NCBI RefSeq assembly: GCF_006345805.1
Contig: NC_043000.1
Location: 14,570,001 to 14,634,000, forward strand
Direction of reading: 5' to 3'
Length of the DNA stretch: 64,000 nucleotides
Origin: Octopus sinensis
Lineage: Eukaryota
In this document: one piece after another, positions 37,551 through 51,142 of the stretch
How positions within the stretch are numbered: position 1 is the stretch's first letter
How the letters are laid out: each line of letters begins with the position of its first letter
Position numbers and translations under genes: made by a program
Notes under the pieces: generated by a model
Told to the model about the DNA's origin: nothing
The model's database searches: none
Seen by the model: the letters and a program-made list of their open reading frames with translations, nothing else

Positions 37551-37842
37551 CTGCTGTACCAGATGTGTAGTAAGTTGAAACTGTGGTAGTCTAGTGAGAT
37601 GGTTTTGCACATTTTATAAATGGTAAAGAACAATCTCATAATTAGAGGGACATTCATGTTGGTTCCCTCAATATGTTCCTCTAGCAAAAGAAAAGGATTC
37701 TCAGTAGAAGAAATGAAACCACGGACGAGAGAGAGACATCCAAATTTGTCGCTACGAATTGCACCAATGTGAGGAGACTTCTTCTCAAAGTCTACACTGT
37801 TTCTCAAGATTTGCTCCCAGTTTAAAAATTTTTTGTGCTGAT
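37551..37842 (-). CDS. THADA: THADA-family exon 7
   Basis: tatcttag|AT CAG; QHKKFLNWEQILRNSVDFEKK...NLLHIWYS; donor AG|gtaac; phase 1 in, 2 out. Confidence 0.85.
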
Positions 37843-38385
37843 CTAAGATAACAAAAAAAATGAAAATATTTTAAAAATTCAGATCAAATATATAACACAA
37901 AAGTTAATTCTAGAAATTTTTAATAATTTCAAACAAGATTTTCTATGCTTAATTTTTGTTCAAAGGTTATTGTTATTATTATCAATATCCAACAAAAGGC
38001 AGAGAGCTGGCAGAATCATTAGGAGGTTGGCATATCTTTTGGCTCATTATGTTCTGAGTTCAAATCTCACCAAGTTTGTCTTTGCCTTTCATCCTTTCAG
38101 GGTCAACAAAATAAGTCCCAGTGGAACACTGGGGTTGATGTAATCAACTTAATTCTCCACTAAAACTACCAACCTTATGCCAAAATTTGAAACAATTACT
38201 ATCACCTTTATATGGGGGAGGTGGATCAGCAGAATCATTAAAATGATTATAAGTTTTGGTGATGGACAAAGAGATGGAAATACACTGTTAACTATATTAG
38301 TAAAGTGATGATAAAAATTGCGATTACAATAATAGTGACAATTATAAGGATAATGTTAAAGGATGAGAAAGCAATGCCCACTTAC

Positions 38386-38503
38386 TTAAGATGGTCAAAC
38401 TACTCCAGAAGAGACTGCAGATAGTAACAGGACTACAAGGCAGAGAATTTAGCATCATGGAATAGGCAGTACCTGCAAGCAGGACGGTTTCGGAACTACA
38501 GTG
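38386..38503 (-). CDS. THADA: THADA-family exon 6
   Basis: cttttcag|CAC; HCSSETVLLAGTAYSMMLNSLPCSPVTICSLFWSSLTIL; donor A|gtaagt; phase 0 in, 1 out. Confidence 0.8.
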
Positions 38504-39289
38504 CTGAAAAGAAAAATTTTGATAGATTAGGCATGATAGTCCCACTACTGACAAGAAAAGAAGTAAAACAGGGTCACATTTTTATCCCACTTCTCAACAG
38601 TTAGTTGGGAAAAAAATAACAGAATCCCTTTAAACAGGTGTCAGGATGGAGTAGCATAGTCCTTTTAGCTTCACTGTCAAATAGATGATGATGATATTAA
38701 TTAAAAAAAAAAATTGTTTCTACCAAGAAACATACATACACACAGATACAAACATGAATCTATTTCTCCCTCATATATCTGGAGAGAGTCATTCTCTTTT
38801 AGTGCCTTATAATTTAACACACTCACCAGTAAAATTTCCACTTATATCCTTCTTTATTTTTCTAAAATTTTCGTTGTGTCTTGCAACCTTTTCAGTAAAC
38901 TATTCAAAAGGTTGCAAGACGCAACAAAAATTTTAGAAAAATAAATAAGTAAACGAGTGGAAATTTTACTGGTAAGTGTGTTAAATTATAAGGGCACTAA
39001 AAGAGAATGACTCTCACCAGACACAACAGAATATGCTTCAACACACGAACTCACATAAAGAATCTTGCAAACCAAATCCAAAAATGAAATATATATCTTT
39101 CTGTTTCTCTCTATATAAACACATACACACACAGCTTACATATTTGCAGTTCATATTGCACCGATGATGACACATGCGCACACACACACACACACTGCTT
39201 ATACTTATGCATATGCACACACATATTCATATATACTTGTGGTCCACAACATACAATAGAAGGAAATGTTGGATTAAAATAAAGCTTAC

Positions 39290-39415
39290 CGATTCTGCAA
39301 GTACTACCAGTAGGCTTTGTACCAATGAAGTGAGTGGTGAGGATGTGTCATTGACTTGAAGACTGAGATGTAATTTGGTTTGCTGAGGAAAATGTTGAAA
39401 CAGCACCAGTGAGGT
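39290..39415 (-). CDS. THADA: THADA-family exon 5
   Basis: actttcag|ACC; TSLVLFQHFPQQTKLHL...LLVVLAES; donor TCG|gtaagc; 126 nt, phase 0/0. Confidence 0.8.
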
Positions 39416-40234
39416 CTGAAAGTATAACAGGCATAAATGACAAGGAATGTGTTTAATAAGTACCAGTGTCATCATGTGGGAGAAGGTAAGATATCATTGT
39501 GAAAGAAAAATAAACTGAGACAGCATCTAGACAATCAAAGTAATTTAATCAATATATAGGCATAAAAGTGGAGGTGTGGTAAATAGCTTGCTTACTAACC
39601 ACATGGTTCCGGGTTCAGTCCCACTGCGTGGCACCTTGGGCAAGTGTCTTCTACTATAGCCTCTGGCTGACCAAAGCCTTGTGAGTGGATTTGGTAGACG
39701 GAAACTGACAGAAGCCTGTCGTATATATGTATATATATGTGTGTGTGTGTGTGTTTCTGTGTTTGTCCCCCCAACATCGCTTGACAACCAATGCCGGTGT
39801 GTTTACGTCCCCATAACTTAGCGGTTTGGCAAAAGAGACCGATAGAATAAGTACTAGGCTTACAAAGAATAAGTCTTTGGGTCGATTTGCTCGACTAAAG
39901 GCGGTGCTCCAGCATGGCCACAGTCAAATGACTGAAACAAGTAAAAGAGTAAAGAGTAAAAGAGTATATCAATAGATGCTAGTTTATAATTATCACATGA
40001 TATCAGGACAAGAGTACACATACATATACATGTATATACACGAGTTCTTTTTTTCAGTTTCTGTTGAATAAATCCACTCATAAGGTTTTTGGTCAGTCTG
40101 GGGCTATAGTAGAAGATACTTGCCCAAGGTGTTATGCAGTAGGACCGAACCTGAGACGACATGATTGGGAAGCAAGCTTCTTAGCCACTCAACCATGCCC
40201 CTGCCTAGTATGGTATTTCTTAGTTCTATAAATA

Positions 40235-40665
40235 CAGGGTGCCCCAGAAGTCACGCACCATTCTGGTTTTCATTTAAAATAATTAACCCTTTAGTGTTCA
40301 GATTATTCAATCAAACATAATGTTTACTGATTCACATTGATTTGAATTAATCATGCATTATCTCATATCTTCAAGATCTTGATGGTGTAATTACTTAATG
40401 TAGAATAACATTGTAGGGTAGGTGTGAGAGCCTGGATCTGGTCAGTTTGAACAAAAAACAGATTAGCTATTTTGGCCAGATATGGCTGTTTAAATACTAA
40501 AGGGTTAAAGCATTTTATTTTGTTATATTTTTTTCTGTATGTTTTATTGTAGAGGGTGCTCAATTTGAGCATTTGTTACAATTAATTGCAATAAAGTGTT
40601 TTTGAAATCAATAAGGATGTATTCTTTTAAAAACCACGGTGGTGCGCAACTTCTGTGACACCCTG
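40235..40665. mobile_element. Tc1/mariner-type MITE interrupted by a TTAA MITE
   Basis: TIRs cagggtgccccagaagtcacgcacca / tggtgcgcaacttctgtgacaccctg with TA on both sides. Confidence 0.8.
40287..40504. mobile_element. piggyBac-like TTAA MITE (about 220 bp), representative copy
   Basis: TTAA|CCCTTT...AAAGGG|TTAA. Other copies at about 22807-23027, 26630-27210 (split by an RTE tail), 33825-34030, 52299-52544, 58210-58429, 61401-61600. Confidence 0.8.
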
Positions 40666-41167
40666 TATATAGGCTGTTGCTGTATGGTGAAAGTTCTAAT
40701 CTAGGTTATTTTACAGTACATGAAGTGGTACTTCATTGTTCTTACAATGATGAGATGGTGTATGCAGTAATATTATCAGAGTAAATATTTCTAGAGTTAG
40801 ATATTCTTTTTATCAACAGTCAAAAAGGTGTAAAACCTGTTCTCTGACTGGCAGACTGAAAGGTATGTAGATTATTGTATTAGTCATAAAACAATGACTG
40901 TAACCTGATTTAAAACATATCCCTATGTATCCAACACTCCAACAACTTAACATCATATCTGCTGTGATTTTATGCTTGATATTCTAATTTCAGGTTACTT
41001 TTTTCCTTAAAAACCTTCCCAGATGATCTGATATTTGCTTTCAATGTCAAAGTAGAATCACTAAATAAAATTAAGAGTAATGATCAAATACATAACAAAA
41101 TGCTTGCGGAGGAAATGAACTCAAGGCTTTTAAACTAGCAAACTAATACTATATCCACTCAGCCACT

Positions 41168-41402
41168 TAAGGCGGCGAGCTGGCAGAAATGTTAGCACGC
41201 CGGGCGAAATGTGTGGCCGTTTTTCGTCTGCCGTTACGTTCTGAGTTCAAATTCCGCCGAGGTCAACTTTGCCTTTCATCCTTTCGGTGTCGATAAATTA
41301 AGTACCAGTTGCGCACTGGGGTCGATGTAATCAACTTAATCCCTTTGTCTGTCCTTGTTTGTCTTCTCTGTGTTTAGCCCCTTGTGGGTAGTAAAGAAAT
41401 AT
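41168..41402 (+). mobile_element. tRNA-derived SINE family B, representative full copy
   Basis: ggcggcgagctggcagaa head, gagttcaaattcc B box, cctttcatcctttcggggtcgataaattaagtacc core (Meta-domain-like from memory), tail gtaaagaaat. Others at about 3452-3685(-), 17612-17830(-), 42174-42445(+), 44128-44535(+, dimer), 46471-46695(-), 48413-48640(-), 54330-54720(-, dimer); (AAT)n-tailed variants at about 9420-9745, 10060-10335, 45745-45960. Confidence 0.88.
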
Positions 41403-41439
41403 ATATCCACTCAGCCGTTTTATGAGAGACTGAATATTG

Positions 41440-41765
41440 GCACTGAATATTGGTTTGTGACAATGAGTATTCCAGTTGATAAGATCAATGGAACAACCTG
41501 CTCATGAAATTAACACGCAAGTGGTTGAGTACTCCACAGATACGAGTGCTCTTAACATAGTTCTCAGAGAGATTCAGTAGGATACAGAATGTGACAAGGC
41601 TGGCCCTTTGAATTACAGGTACCACTTATTTTAGCCAGCTGAGTGAACTGGAGCAACGAGAAATAAAGTGTTTTGCTCAAGGGCACAACAGGCTGTTAGA
41701 AATCAAATTTACAGATTTATGATCACGAGCTAAACACCTTAACCACTAAGCCATGCACCTTCACT
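41440..41765 (-). mobile_element. tRNA-derived SINE family F (CORE-like ccttgagcaaaacact motif)
   Basis: Head gtgaaggtgcatggcttagtggttaag; body agggccagccttgtcacattctg. Related pieces at about 690-850 plus 1030-1160, 47640-48003, 53400-53885, 62090-62440. Confidence 0.7.
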
Positions 41766-41814
41766 AAGATTTGAATAAAAGGGATAAAAGGAACAATGAA
41801 AATATAAGGTTTAC

Positions 41815-41957
41815 CTTGACAGTTGAATAGAGAAGGTCAGAGGTAGTGTTTACATTGAGGGCCAAACTTATGTGTTTGTGTAGTATATTACAGACCTGTG
41901 GGTAGGAATCAACAATCAATGGCTGCACTTCTGCACACTGTTCGATTAAATGACCGA
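41815..41957 (-). CDS. THADA: THADA-family exon 4
   Basis: attttcag|TC GGT; GHLIEQCAEVQPLIVDSYPQVCNILHKH...YSTVK; donor AAG|gtaaa; phase 1 in, 0 out. Confidence 0.8.
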
Positions 41958-44571
41958 CTGAAAATAGAAATGTTTTAAAATTAACAAAGATTAATGAGAC
42001 CCGGAGCAGCAAGAAAACTGCAACAAGCAACAAACTATGACTGATACAAACCTTTTATAAGAGTAATTGTATTGTATGGATGTGAGACATGCATATAGTG
42101 ATTTCAAAATTTGGCACAAGGCCAGCAACATTGGAGGAGGGGGGCAGTTGATTACATCGACACCCCACCCAAAGCTGGCAGAAACGTTAGCACGTGAGCT
42201 GGCAGAAACGTTAGCACGTGAGCTGGCAGAAACGTTAGCACGCCGGGGGAAATGCTTAGCGGTATTTCGTCTGCGTTACGTTGTGAGTTCAAATTCCGCC
42301 GAGGTTGACTTTGCCTTTCATCCTTTCGGGGTCGATAAATTAAGTACCAGTTACGCACTGGGGTCGATGTAATCGACTTAATACCTATGTCTGTCCTTGT
42401 TTGTCCCCTCTGTGTTTAGCCCCTTGTGGGTAATAAAGAAATAGGTACTTATTTCATCGATTCCAAAAGGATGAAAGGCAAAGTCAACATCATCATCATC
42501 ATCGTTTAACAGCCGTTTTCCATGATAGCATGGATTGGATTGTTCGACTGGAGTCTGGGAAGCTAGGAGGCTGCACCAGGCTCCAGTCTGATCTGGCAGT
42601 GTCTCTAAGGCTGGATGCCCTTCCTAATGCCAACCACTCCGTGAGTGTAGTGGGTGCTTTTTACGTGCCACCAGCACAGGGGCCAAAGGAGGCTGGCAAA
42701 CGGCCATGATCGGTTGGTGCTTTATACATGTCAGCGACACAGACGCCAGTCAGGCATCGCTGGCATCAGCCACGTTCGGATGTTGCTTTTCACATGCCAC
42801 CAGCACAATTTCCATTTGCTTTTTATTTTGATGCTGATGTTGACGCACGTGGATTTTGAACTCAGAACAAAGACAGATGAAATGCAGCCAAGCATTTTGC
42901 TCAGTGTGCTAACGATTCTGCCAGCTCATTGCCTACGTGCATATATTAAAAAGAAAACAGAAACACATTGAGAGCAAATTGTCTTCATCTGAAATGAGGA
43001 GCTTTCACAAAATTCTTGACATTATGTATAAATACTATATGGTCAGTATTTTTTTTTTCCTTGAGCTATAGAGCTCATAAAGCTGGTTAATTAGTTTCCA
43101 TGTCAAGTAAGTGAATGAGGTGACAACATTGTCCTTGAATGAGACACCAGTCCATTGCAGGGTACGAGGTCAGTAATTTGGTGGGGAGAGGACACTGACC
43201 CCAATACTTGATCGGTATTTTATTTCATCAACCCTGAAGGGATGAAAAGCAAAGTTGATCTTAGTGGGATACAAAACCCAAACATGCTAATGATTCTGTC
43301 AGCTCACCATCTTACCAGTCAGCTTTAGGACGATTTAGTGTGTCGGTTGGGAAGAGAGAGAGAGACATTGAAATGGCAAGATGAAAAAAAGATGCAGTGG
43401 TTTGGATCACTTGAAAATATAATCATCATCATTATTTAACGTCCGCTTTCCATACTAGCATGGGTTGGACGATTTGATCGAGGACTGGTGAACCAGATGG
43501 CTGCACCAGGCTCCAATCTGATCTGGCAGAGTTTCTACAGCTGGATTCCCTTCCTAACGCCAACCACTCCAAGAGTGTAGTGAGTGCTTTTACGTGCCAG
43601 CGGCACGAGGGCCAGTCAGGCGGTACTGGCAATGGCCACGCTCAAATGGTGTTTTTTATGTGCCAACTGCACAAGAGCCAGTCCAGCTATTTGGCAATGA
43701 CCTCACTCGAATGTTGTTTTTCGCATGCCACTGGCACAAGTGCCAAAGGGAAGAGGGTAATTAGGTAACTAAGAAGAGATCAGTTCAATGATGTTGAGAC
43801 ATAGACAGGGATGAGATCAGTGGGATGCAGAAAGCACCAATCCAAAAATGATGGAAAACAGCGGTAAAAAATCCCTTTGCCCCAAAAGCTGAAATACTAT
43901 GGGAACAACTTGACAACTCATGAACGGTATATTTACTGAATCATAAAAGGGAGTCTCTATGCAATAATTCTATTAAAAATGCAGACATGGTTGTAGTTAA
44001 GAAGCTTCCTTCCCAACTACGTGGGGTTGGGTTCAGTACCCCTGTGCAACACTTTGGTGCCTTCAAGTGTAGCCTTTGGCTGACCAAAGTCTTGTGCATA
44101 AAGACAAAAACTGAAAGAAGCCCATTTTAGGCGGCAAGCTGGCAGAAACGTTAGCATGCCAGGCAAAATGTTTAGCAGTATTTTGTCTGCTGTTACGTTC
44201 TGAGTTCAAATTCCGCTGAGGTTGACTTTGCCTTTCATCCTTTCAGGGTCAATGAAATAAGTACCAGTTATGCACTAGGGTCGATGTAATTGACTCAATC
44301 CGTTTGTCTGTTCCCTCTGTGTTTAGCCCCTTGTGGGTAGTAAAGAAATAGGTATTTCGTCTGCCATTACGTTCTGAGTTCAAATTCCGCTGAGGTTGAC
44401 TTTGCCTTTCATCCTTTCGGGGTCGATGAAATAAGTACCAGTTACGCACTGGGGTCGATATAATCGACTTAATCCGTTTGTCTGTCTTTGTTTGTCCCCT
44501 CTGTATGTAGCCCCTTGTGGGCAGTAAAGAAATAAGAAACTGAAAGAAGCCCATGAATGTATGTGTATGTA

Positions 44572-44612
<41 letters not shown>

Positions 44613-47600
44613 ACCCCTTGTCTCAATGTCATATTGCGATTAAAAATGGGTATCACATCACTGACGTACAAGTAATGCTGTTTGTTTCTAGCCTTTCCTG
44701 AAAGACATGTTTGGCCATGGGGAAATATTACATTAGCTGAAAATTGGTGAAGTTTAGCAACATGAAAAGGCCTGGCTGTAGAAAATATGCCTCAATAAGA
44801 TTCCATCTGATTAATGCAAATATGGTTAAATAGACAGTAGATGATGATGAACTAAATGTTCTACATCATCATCGTTTAACGTCCGTTCTCCATGCTAGCA
44901 TGGGTTGGACGGTTCGACCGGGGATCTGGGAAGCCTGAAGGCTGCACCAGGCTCCAGTCTTATCTGGCAATGTTTCTACAGCTGGATGCCCTTCCTAAAC
45001 GCCTTCTACAATCTACTGTTTTAAATAGAGGATGCATGGGATAATGTAGTTATCCAAAAGGAGAGGATGGTCATGACCGAAATGTTTTTGACGATGTGTC
45101 AGCTTGATTAGAGCTGATGTGAGCTTAAACAAAATAACAATAAAGACATGAGATTTAAGCAATGCACTTGACAAACACAGGCAGCTAACCAATGCAGGAT
45201 AACATACAAATAAACAATCCCGACAACAGCTGGGTAACACAGACAAAAGATGGCTAAACAACGTGGACAACAGACCAAATGAGGAAACCTTTACAGAGTG
45301 TCTCAATCTGTTAGAAATAGCAGTTAAATCTCCTTTAAATTACATCCTACATCATCATTTTATATCCACTTTCCGTGATGGCTGTCCAAATCAATTCTTA
45401 TTTGTTACTCACTTCACAAATCACAAGACAACCTGACCAATTAAGTCAACATGTGAGACAAACACAACCAAAAGGCTGATTACAGAAGAATAGAAAACAT
45501 GAAAAGTTTTCAGATGAGAAAAAAAGTAAAATGTCAGTTAATTAATACTGAGAAGTAAGTTAATTAATTAAACACACAAGTCACTTAAGTGATCAATACT
45601 GATAAGATGATTACTAGTCAGTCAGCTGAACAGACAAACAAACAGAAATCAGTGAAATTACTGATACAGTTAAGAACACAGATGAGTTAAAATGAGACAA
45701 ATTCAGAATAATTGAATACTTAAGAAAACATATCAGCAATCTAATAATCCTTTCTACTAAAGACACAAGGCCTGAAATTGTGGGGAGGGGACTAGTCAAT
45801 TACATCGACCCCCAGTATTTCACTGGTACTTAATTTATCAACCTTGAAAGGATGAAAGGCTAAGTCAACCTTGGTGGAATTTGAACTTAGAATGTAAGGA
45901 ACGATGAAATGCCACTAAGCATTTCACCCAGCGTGCTAACGATTCTGCCAGCTTACCACCTTTTGGCAATCTAATAATAATAGAAAAGGCCAGAGATCTA
46001 TCAACAGACTAAAATGTCATGTCAAAGGTTAGTTAACAGATCAATATTGATAATGGTATAGGGCGGCGAACTGGCAGAATTGTTAGCACACTGGGCGAAA
46101 TGCTTCATCTGCCATTATGTTCTGAGTTCAAATTCCATCGAGGTCAACTTTGCCTTTTATCCTTTCGGGGTCAATTAAATAAGTACCAGTTATGTAGGCA
46201 CTTGTGCCGGTGGTACGTGAAAAACAACATTTGAGCTAGGGCATTGCCAGTGCCGCTGGACTGGCTCCTGTACAGGTGACACGTAAAAACACCATTTGAG
46301 CGTGGCCATTGCCAGTACTGCCAGACTGGCCCTCATGCCGGTGGCACATAAAAGCACCCACTACACTCTCGGAGTGGTTGGCGTTAGGAAGGGCTTCCAG
46401 CTGTAGAAACTTTGCTAGATCACACTGGAGCCTGGTGCAGCCATCTGGCTCACCAGTCCTCAGTCAAACCTATTTCTTTACTACCCACAAGGGGCTAAAC
46501 ACAGAGGGAACTAACAAGGACAGACATAGGTGTTAAGTCGATTACTTCGACCCCAGTGTGTAACTGGTACTTAATTTATCGACCCCGAAAGGATGAAAGA
46601 CAAAGTCGACCTCGGCGGAATTTCAACTCAGAATGTAACGACAGACGAAATACCGCTAAGCATTTCGCCCGGCACGCTAACGTTTCTGCCAGCTGAGTCA
46701 AACCGTCCAACCCATGCCAGTATGGAAAGCAGATGTTAAACGACGATGATGATATGCACTGGGGTCAATGTAATCAACTTAATCCCTTTGTCTGTCCTTG
46801 TTTGTCTCTTCTATGTTTAGCCCTATGCAAGCAATAAAGAAATAAATATTGATAATGCTATAGTTCAATGACTGATCAATCTAATATTGGAGGGTAATAG
46901 CATAAGAATCCACCACAAGGTTCAATCTTTGTTGCAGTGTGATGGCTTGTGTGTGTCAATGATCCTGAAAGCTATGCCAACAGAACACAAATTCCCAGTA
47001 GAGTTTCCCATGTTGGACAAGTCGAAGGATAAGGGCAAGAATAGGCGCAGGAGTGGCTGTGTGGTAAGTAGCTTGTTTACCAACCACATGGTTCCGGGTT
47101 CAGTCCCTCTGCGTGGCACCTTGGGCAAGTGTCTTCTGCTATAGCCTCGGGCCGACCAAAGCCTTGTGAGTGGATTTGGTAGACGGAAACTGAAAGAAGC
47201 CCGTCGTATATATGTATATATATATATGCGTGTGTGTGTTTGTGTGTCTGTGATTGTCTCCCTAGCATTGCTTGACAACCGATGCTGGTGTGTTTATGTC
47301 CCCGTAACTTAGCGGTTCGGCAAAAGAGACCGATAGAATAAGTACTGGGCTTACAAAAGAATAAGTCCCGGGGTCGAGTTGCTCGATTTAAGGCGGTGCT
47401 CCAGCATGGCCGCAGTCAAATGACTGAAACAAGTAAAAGAGTAAAAGAGAGTAAAGAGAATAATATGAACCACTTCATCCCCAGGCTGAAAATGGGTTTG
47501 CAAAGGGCCAACACCCTTAACTAGAAACAAAAAACAAAGTTACAGAAGCATCGATGACATTTCAAAACCAAGACCTGAGAGAGGAAGACCTAAGAGTAGA

Positions 47601-49323
47601 AGGGATACACATGTCAAGCCCTGACCTGGAACCCCCATAAGGGAGGTGGAGGAGAGGGTAATGGGTAAAAATCCCCTTTGGTCATGAATGACCATGGGAT
47701 TGCACCTGGAAAGTTACACTCCAAGGCACAAGTTCAGGCAAAGTTGTTTGTGGATGACCAGCAGTTGCCCATGCATACTAGCCTCCACTCTCCATGCCAT
47801 TGATGTTATCCAAGAGAAAGGCAAAGGTTGATACAGCTTGGCACCAGTGACATCGCAACTCATTTCTACAGCTGAGTGAAATGGAGCAATGTGAAATAAA
47901 GTGTCTTGCTCAAGAACACAACACACAACCCGGTCCAGTAATCAAACTCACTACCTCATTATTGTGAGCCCGATGCTCTAAACACCGAGCCATGTGTTTT
48001 CACATGGAGGAGAGGACATCCTTAAAATAGCTGGAGGTAGGATAGAAGCTGGAAAGAAGAAGAAATGACAGCCCAGAGTCAAGATCAGTGAAAAATGTTG
48101 ATGGCTTATGCTCCATTGGGAGGGCAGGGCTTAAGAATAATGCATCGACAATATAACAATGAACAGGCTTTGTTGTTTATGACACATAGTAAATAACTGC
48201 AAACATTACATATGGCAGGAGCTCCGGATAGGCTTAAGGTCTTAATTATGGTGACAAAATAAGATTCTATTTTCAATGTGATCAATCTATAAATTCCTTC
48301 TTTTTAACAACATAAAAAAACCAAGATAGTAAAGTAAAATATTACTATCATACATTTTTTTTTTATCCTTACAACACAAACTTATTCTATTTCAAGACGA
48401 TGTGAGAGCTTCTTATTTCTTTATTGCCCACAAGGGGCTAAACATAGAGGGGACAAACAAGGACAGACAGAGGGATTAAGTCGATTACATCGACCCCAGT
48501 GCATAACTGGTACTTAATTTATCGACCCCGAAGGATGAAGGGCAAAGTCGACCTTGGCGGAATTTAAACTCAGAACGTAACGGCATACGAAATACTACTA
48601 AGCATTTCACCTGGTATTCTTACGTTTCTGCCAGCTCACCGATGTGAGAGCTTCTATATGGCCACCTGACTTGCTAAAGAAAGCAACAAATTTTTCCTCA
48701 AATCAAATTTAGCATTTTAAAAGGGAAAACGAGGAAGGTATATTGGGGTAATGTATCACTACCATTATTATTTAATATCTCCTTTTCCATATTTTCACGG
48801 TCCAGATGGAATTTGTTGTGGCAGATTTTCAACAGCCAGATGCCCTTCCTGCCACCAATGCCCACCCATTTCCAAGGAAGGGAATATTTACCCATGGCTA
48901 GAAATGCTTGTTATGGAAAACTGGTAAGAAATGTATGATGCTGATGCTTATTTACAACGATCACATGACAAGGGAACACACACACACATGCGTATGCAAT
49001 GGGTATCTTTCAGTTTCCGTCTACCAACTCTGGGGTATTAACAGAAATCAACTGCCCAAGCTGTCATGCAGTGGGACTGAACCAGAAGACCACATGGCTG
49101 AGAAGTGTTGTGTATTGAACTCCTAATGAATATATAACACATGCTGTACATTTGTTTAAATAATTAAAAACCACCAGTGACACGGCATGCATGAGTTTTT
49201 TTTTGAACTTGTCCATTTGTTTTCTATCATCATCATCGTTTAACGTCCGCTTTCCATGCTAGCATGGGTTGGATGGATGACTGAGGGCTGGCGAACCAGA
49301 TGGCTGCACCAGGCTTCAATCTT

Positions 49324-49774
49324 GATCTGGCAGAGTTCCTACAGCTGGATACCCTTCCTAACGCCAACCACTCAGAGAGTGCAGTAGGTGCTTTTACGTG
49401 ACACTGGCACGGGGCCAGTAAGGCGGTACTGGCAACGATCTGGCAGAGTTCCTACAGCTGGATACCCTTCCTACGCCAACCACTCAGAGAGTGCAGTAGG
49501 TGCTTTTACGTGACACTGGCACGGGGCCAGTAAGGCGGTACTGGCAACGATCTGGCAGAGTTCCTACAGCTGGATACCCTTCCTAACGCCAACCACTCAG
49601 AGAGTGCAGTAGGTGCTTTTACGTGACACTGGCACGGGGCCAGTAAGGCGGTACTGGCAACGATCTGGCAGAGTTCCTACAGCTGGATACCCTTCCTAAT
49701 GCCAACCACTCAGAGAGTGCAGTAGGTGCTTTTACGTGACACTGGCACGGGGCCAGTAAGGCGGTACTGGCAAC
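49324..49774 (-). repeat. Four tandem copies of a 113-bp segment inside an RTE 3' tail (element about 49228-49970)
   Basis: Units start at 49324, 49437, 49549, 49662; near identical. Confidence 0.93.
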
Positions 49775-50412
49775 GACCTCGCTTGAATCTTTTACACATG
49801 CCACCAGCACAGGTGCCGGTAAGGCGATGCTGGTAACGATCACGCTCGAATGGTGTCTTTTACATGCCACTGGCACGGAGGCCAGATAGCTGCTCCGGCA
49901 ACAATCACGCTCGGATGGTGCTCTTTAAGGCGACGCTGGTAACAATCACGCTCGAATGGTGCCTTTTATATATTACAATTAAAATAAACAGGGACACAAA
50001 AACTATGGGATCACAGTTGGTGTTGTGACCCCTTCTCATACATTCCGCTGTTAGTTGTGCTTCCATTACAGCAAGATAGAAATTTGCAGTTTACGGCTAT
50101 TTGATCCTTGTTCCTATACCTATGCTAAGTAAATTACAAAACTTGACAGGAAGCAAGCTTCTTAACCATGCAGCTCTGCCAGTGCCCCATAATATTTCAT
50201 GTGTGAAATGCCATTCAGTGAGGTCAATACAGTCTAAGTACACAAAGCATAAACATGACAAGTATTGCATCAGATGAAAAATGGAGATTGTATTATTCGA
50301 AACATAGTGATTGACCAAAACATAACAAGGTAGATAAGGTTTACAATGTGAAACATTTCCCAATAGGAAATAAATATTGTGGAGAGAGATAAGAATGAGC
50401 TGAACTGCTTAC

Positions 50413-50518
50413 ATTTACTCATTGTGGCAGAAGTCATATGCGTGTCAGAGGATAAATGACTGAGAAACACAAAGCTTATCTCTTCCATCAACAGGGCATG
50501 TGGTATTGGTTCCAAGAG
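50413..50518 (-). CDS. THADA: THADA-family exon 3
   Basis: tctttcag|CTC TTG; LLEPIPHALLMEEISFVFLSHLSSDTHMTSATMSK; donor T|gtaagc; phase 0 in, 1 out. Confidence 0.8.
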
Positions 50519-50947
50519 CTGAAAGACAAACAGACATTTATTGAATTTCAGTAGTGATTTATAGAAAATTTTAAAATCTTTAGAAAAATAAACAAATGAA
50601 AGATTGGTTGACTTAACACATGTTTTTTAACAAAAAACACAACAGCCATGATGTTAAGTTGTGGGGCTACTAACCACATGCTTGTGAATTCAAACCTTAT
50701 AACGATGAGACAACATGGTATGTATGGAGGGTGACTAATTCCACTACTGCTTCATGCTTGAGTGAACAGTGAACCATGAACATCCAGCTGTAAAAATAAT
50801 TGTTCTAATAGTATGCCACTCTCTAGATTAATATATATGAAAGCCATCCTGGAATTTAAAACAGTAAAAATATTGAAAATATAAGGATTGGATATTGTTT
50901 AAATATCCAATTAAAAATACATTTCACATTTATTTAAAAGAATTTTT

Positions 50948-51142
50948 TTGATCTGAGATCATGTGCTGGAACGAAAACAATTGCAGCGTGGGAGGTGTTT
51001 ATAAGCCATTTAAGAAACACACAAAACCGTTAGATTCACTTCAACATTTAAATTTAATTTGTCAAGATATTTTCGTCACTTTCAGACCGCGACTTGTTCA
51101 ACTGACAAAACTTCGTACTTGCTATGCAAGTACATCTCCGTA
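50948..51142. repeat. Palindromic repeat family, copy 2 (one arm deleted)
   Basis: Left arm plus centre joined directly to the terminal tacttgctatgcaagtacatctccgtaa. Confidence 0.85.

Noticed and set aside
45013-45306. 97-aa minus-strand ORF as a THADA exon
   Set aside because: No usable splice sites, and exons 3 and 4 already join in phase.
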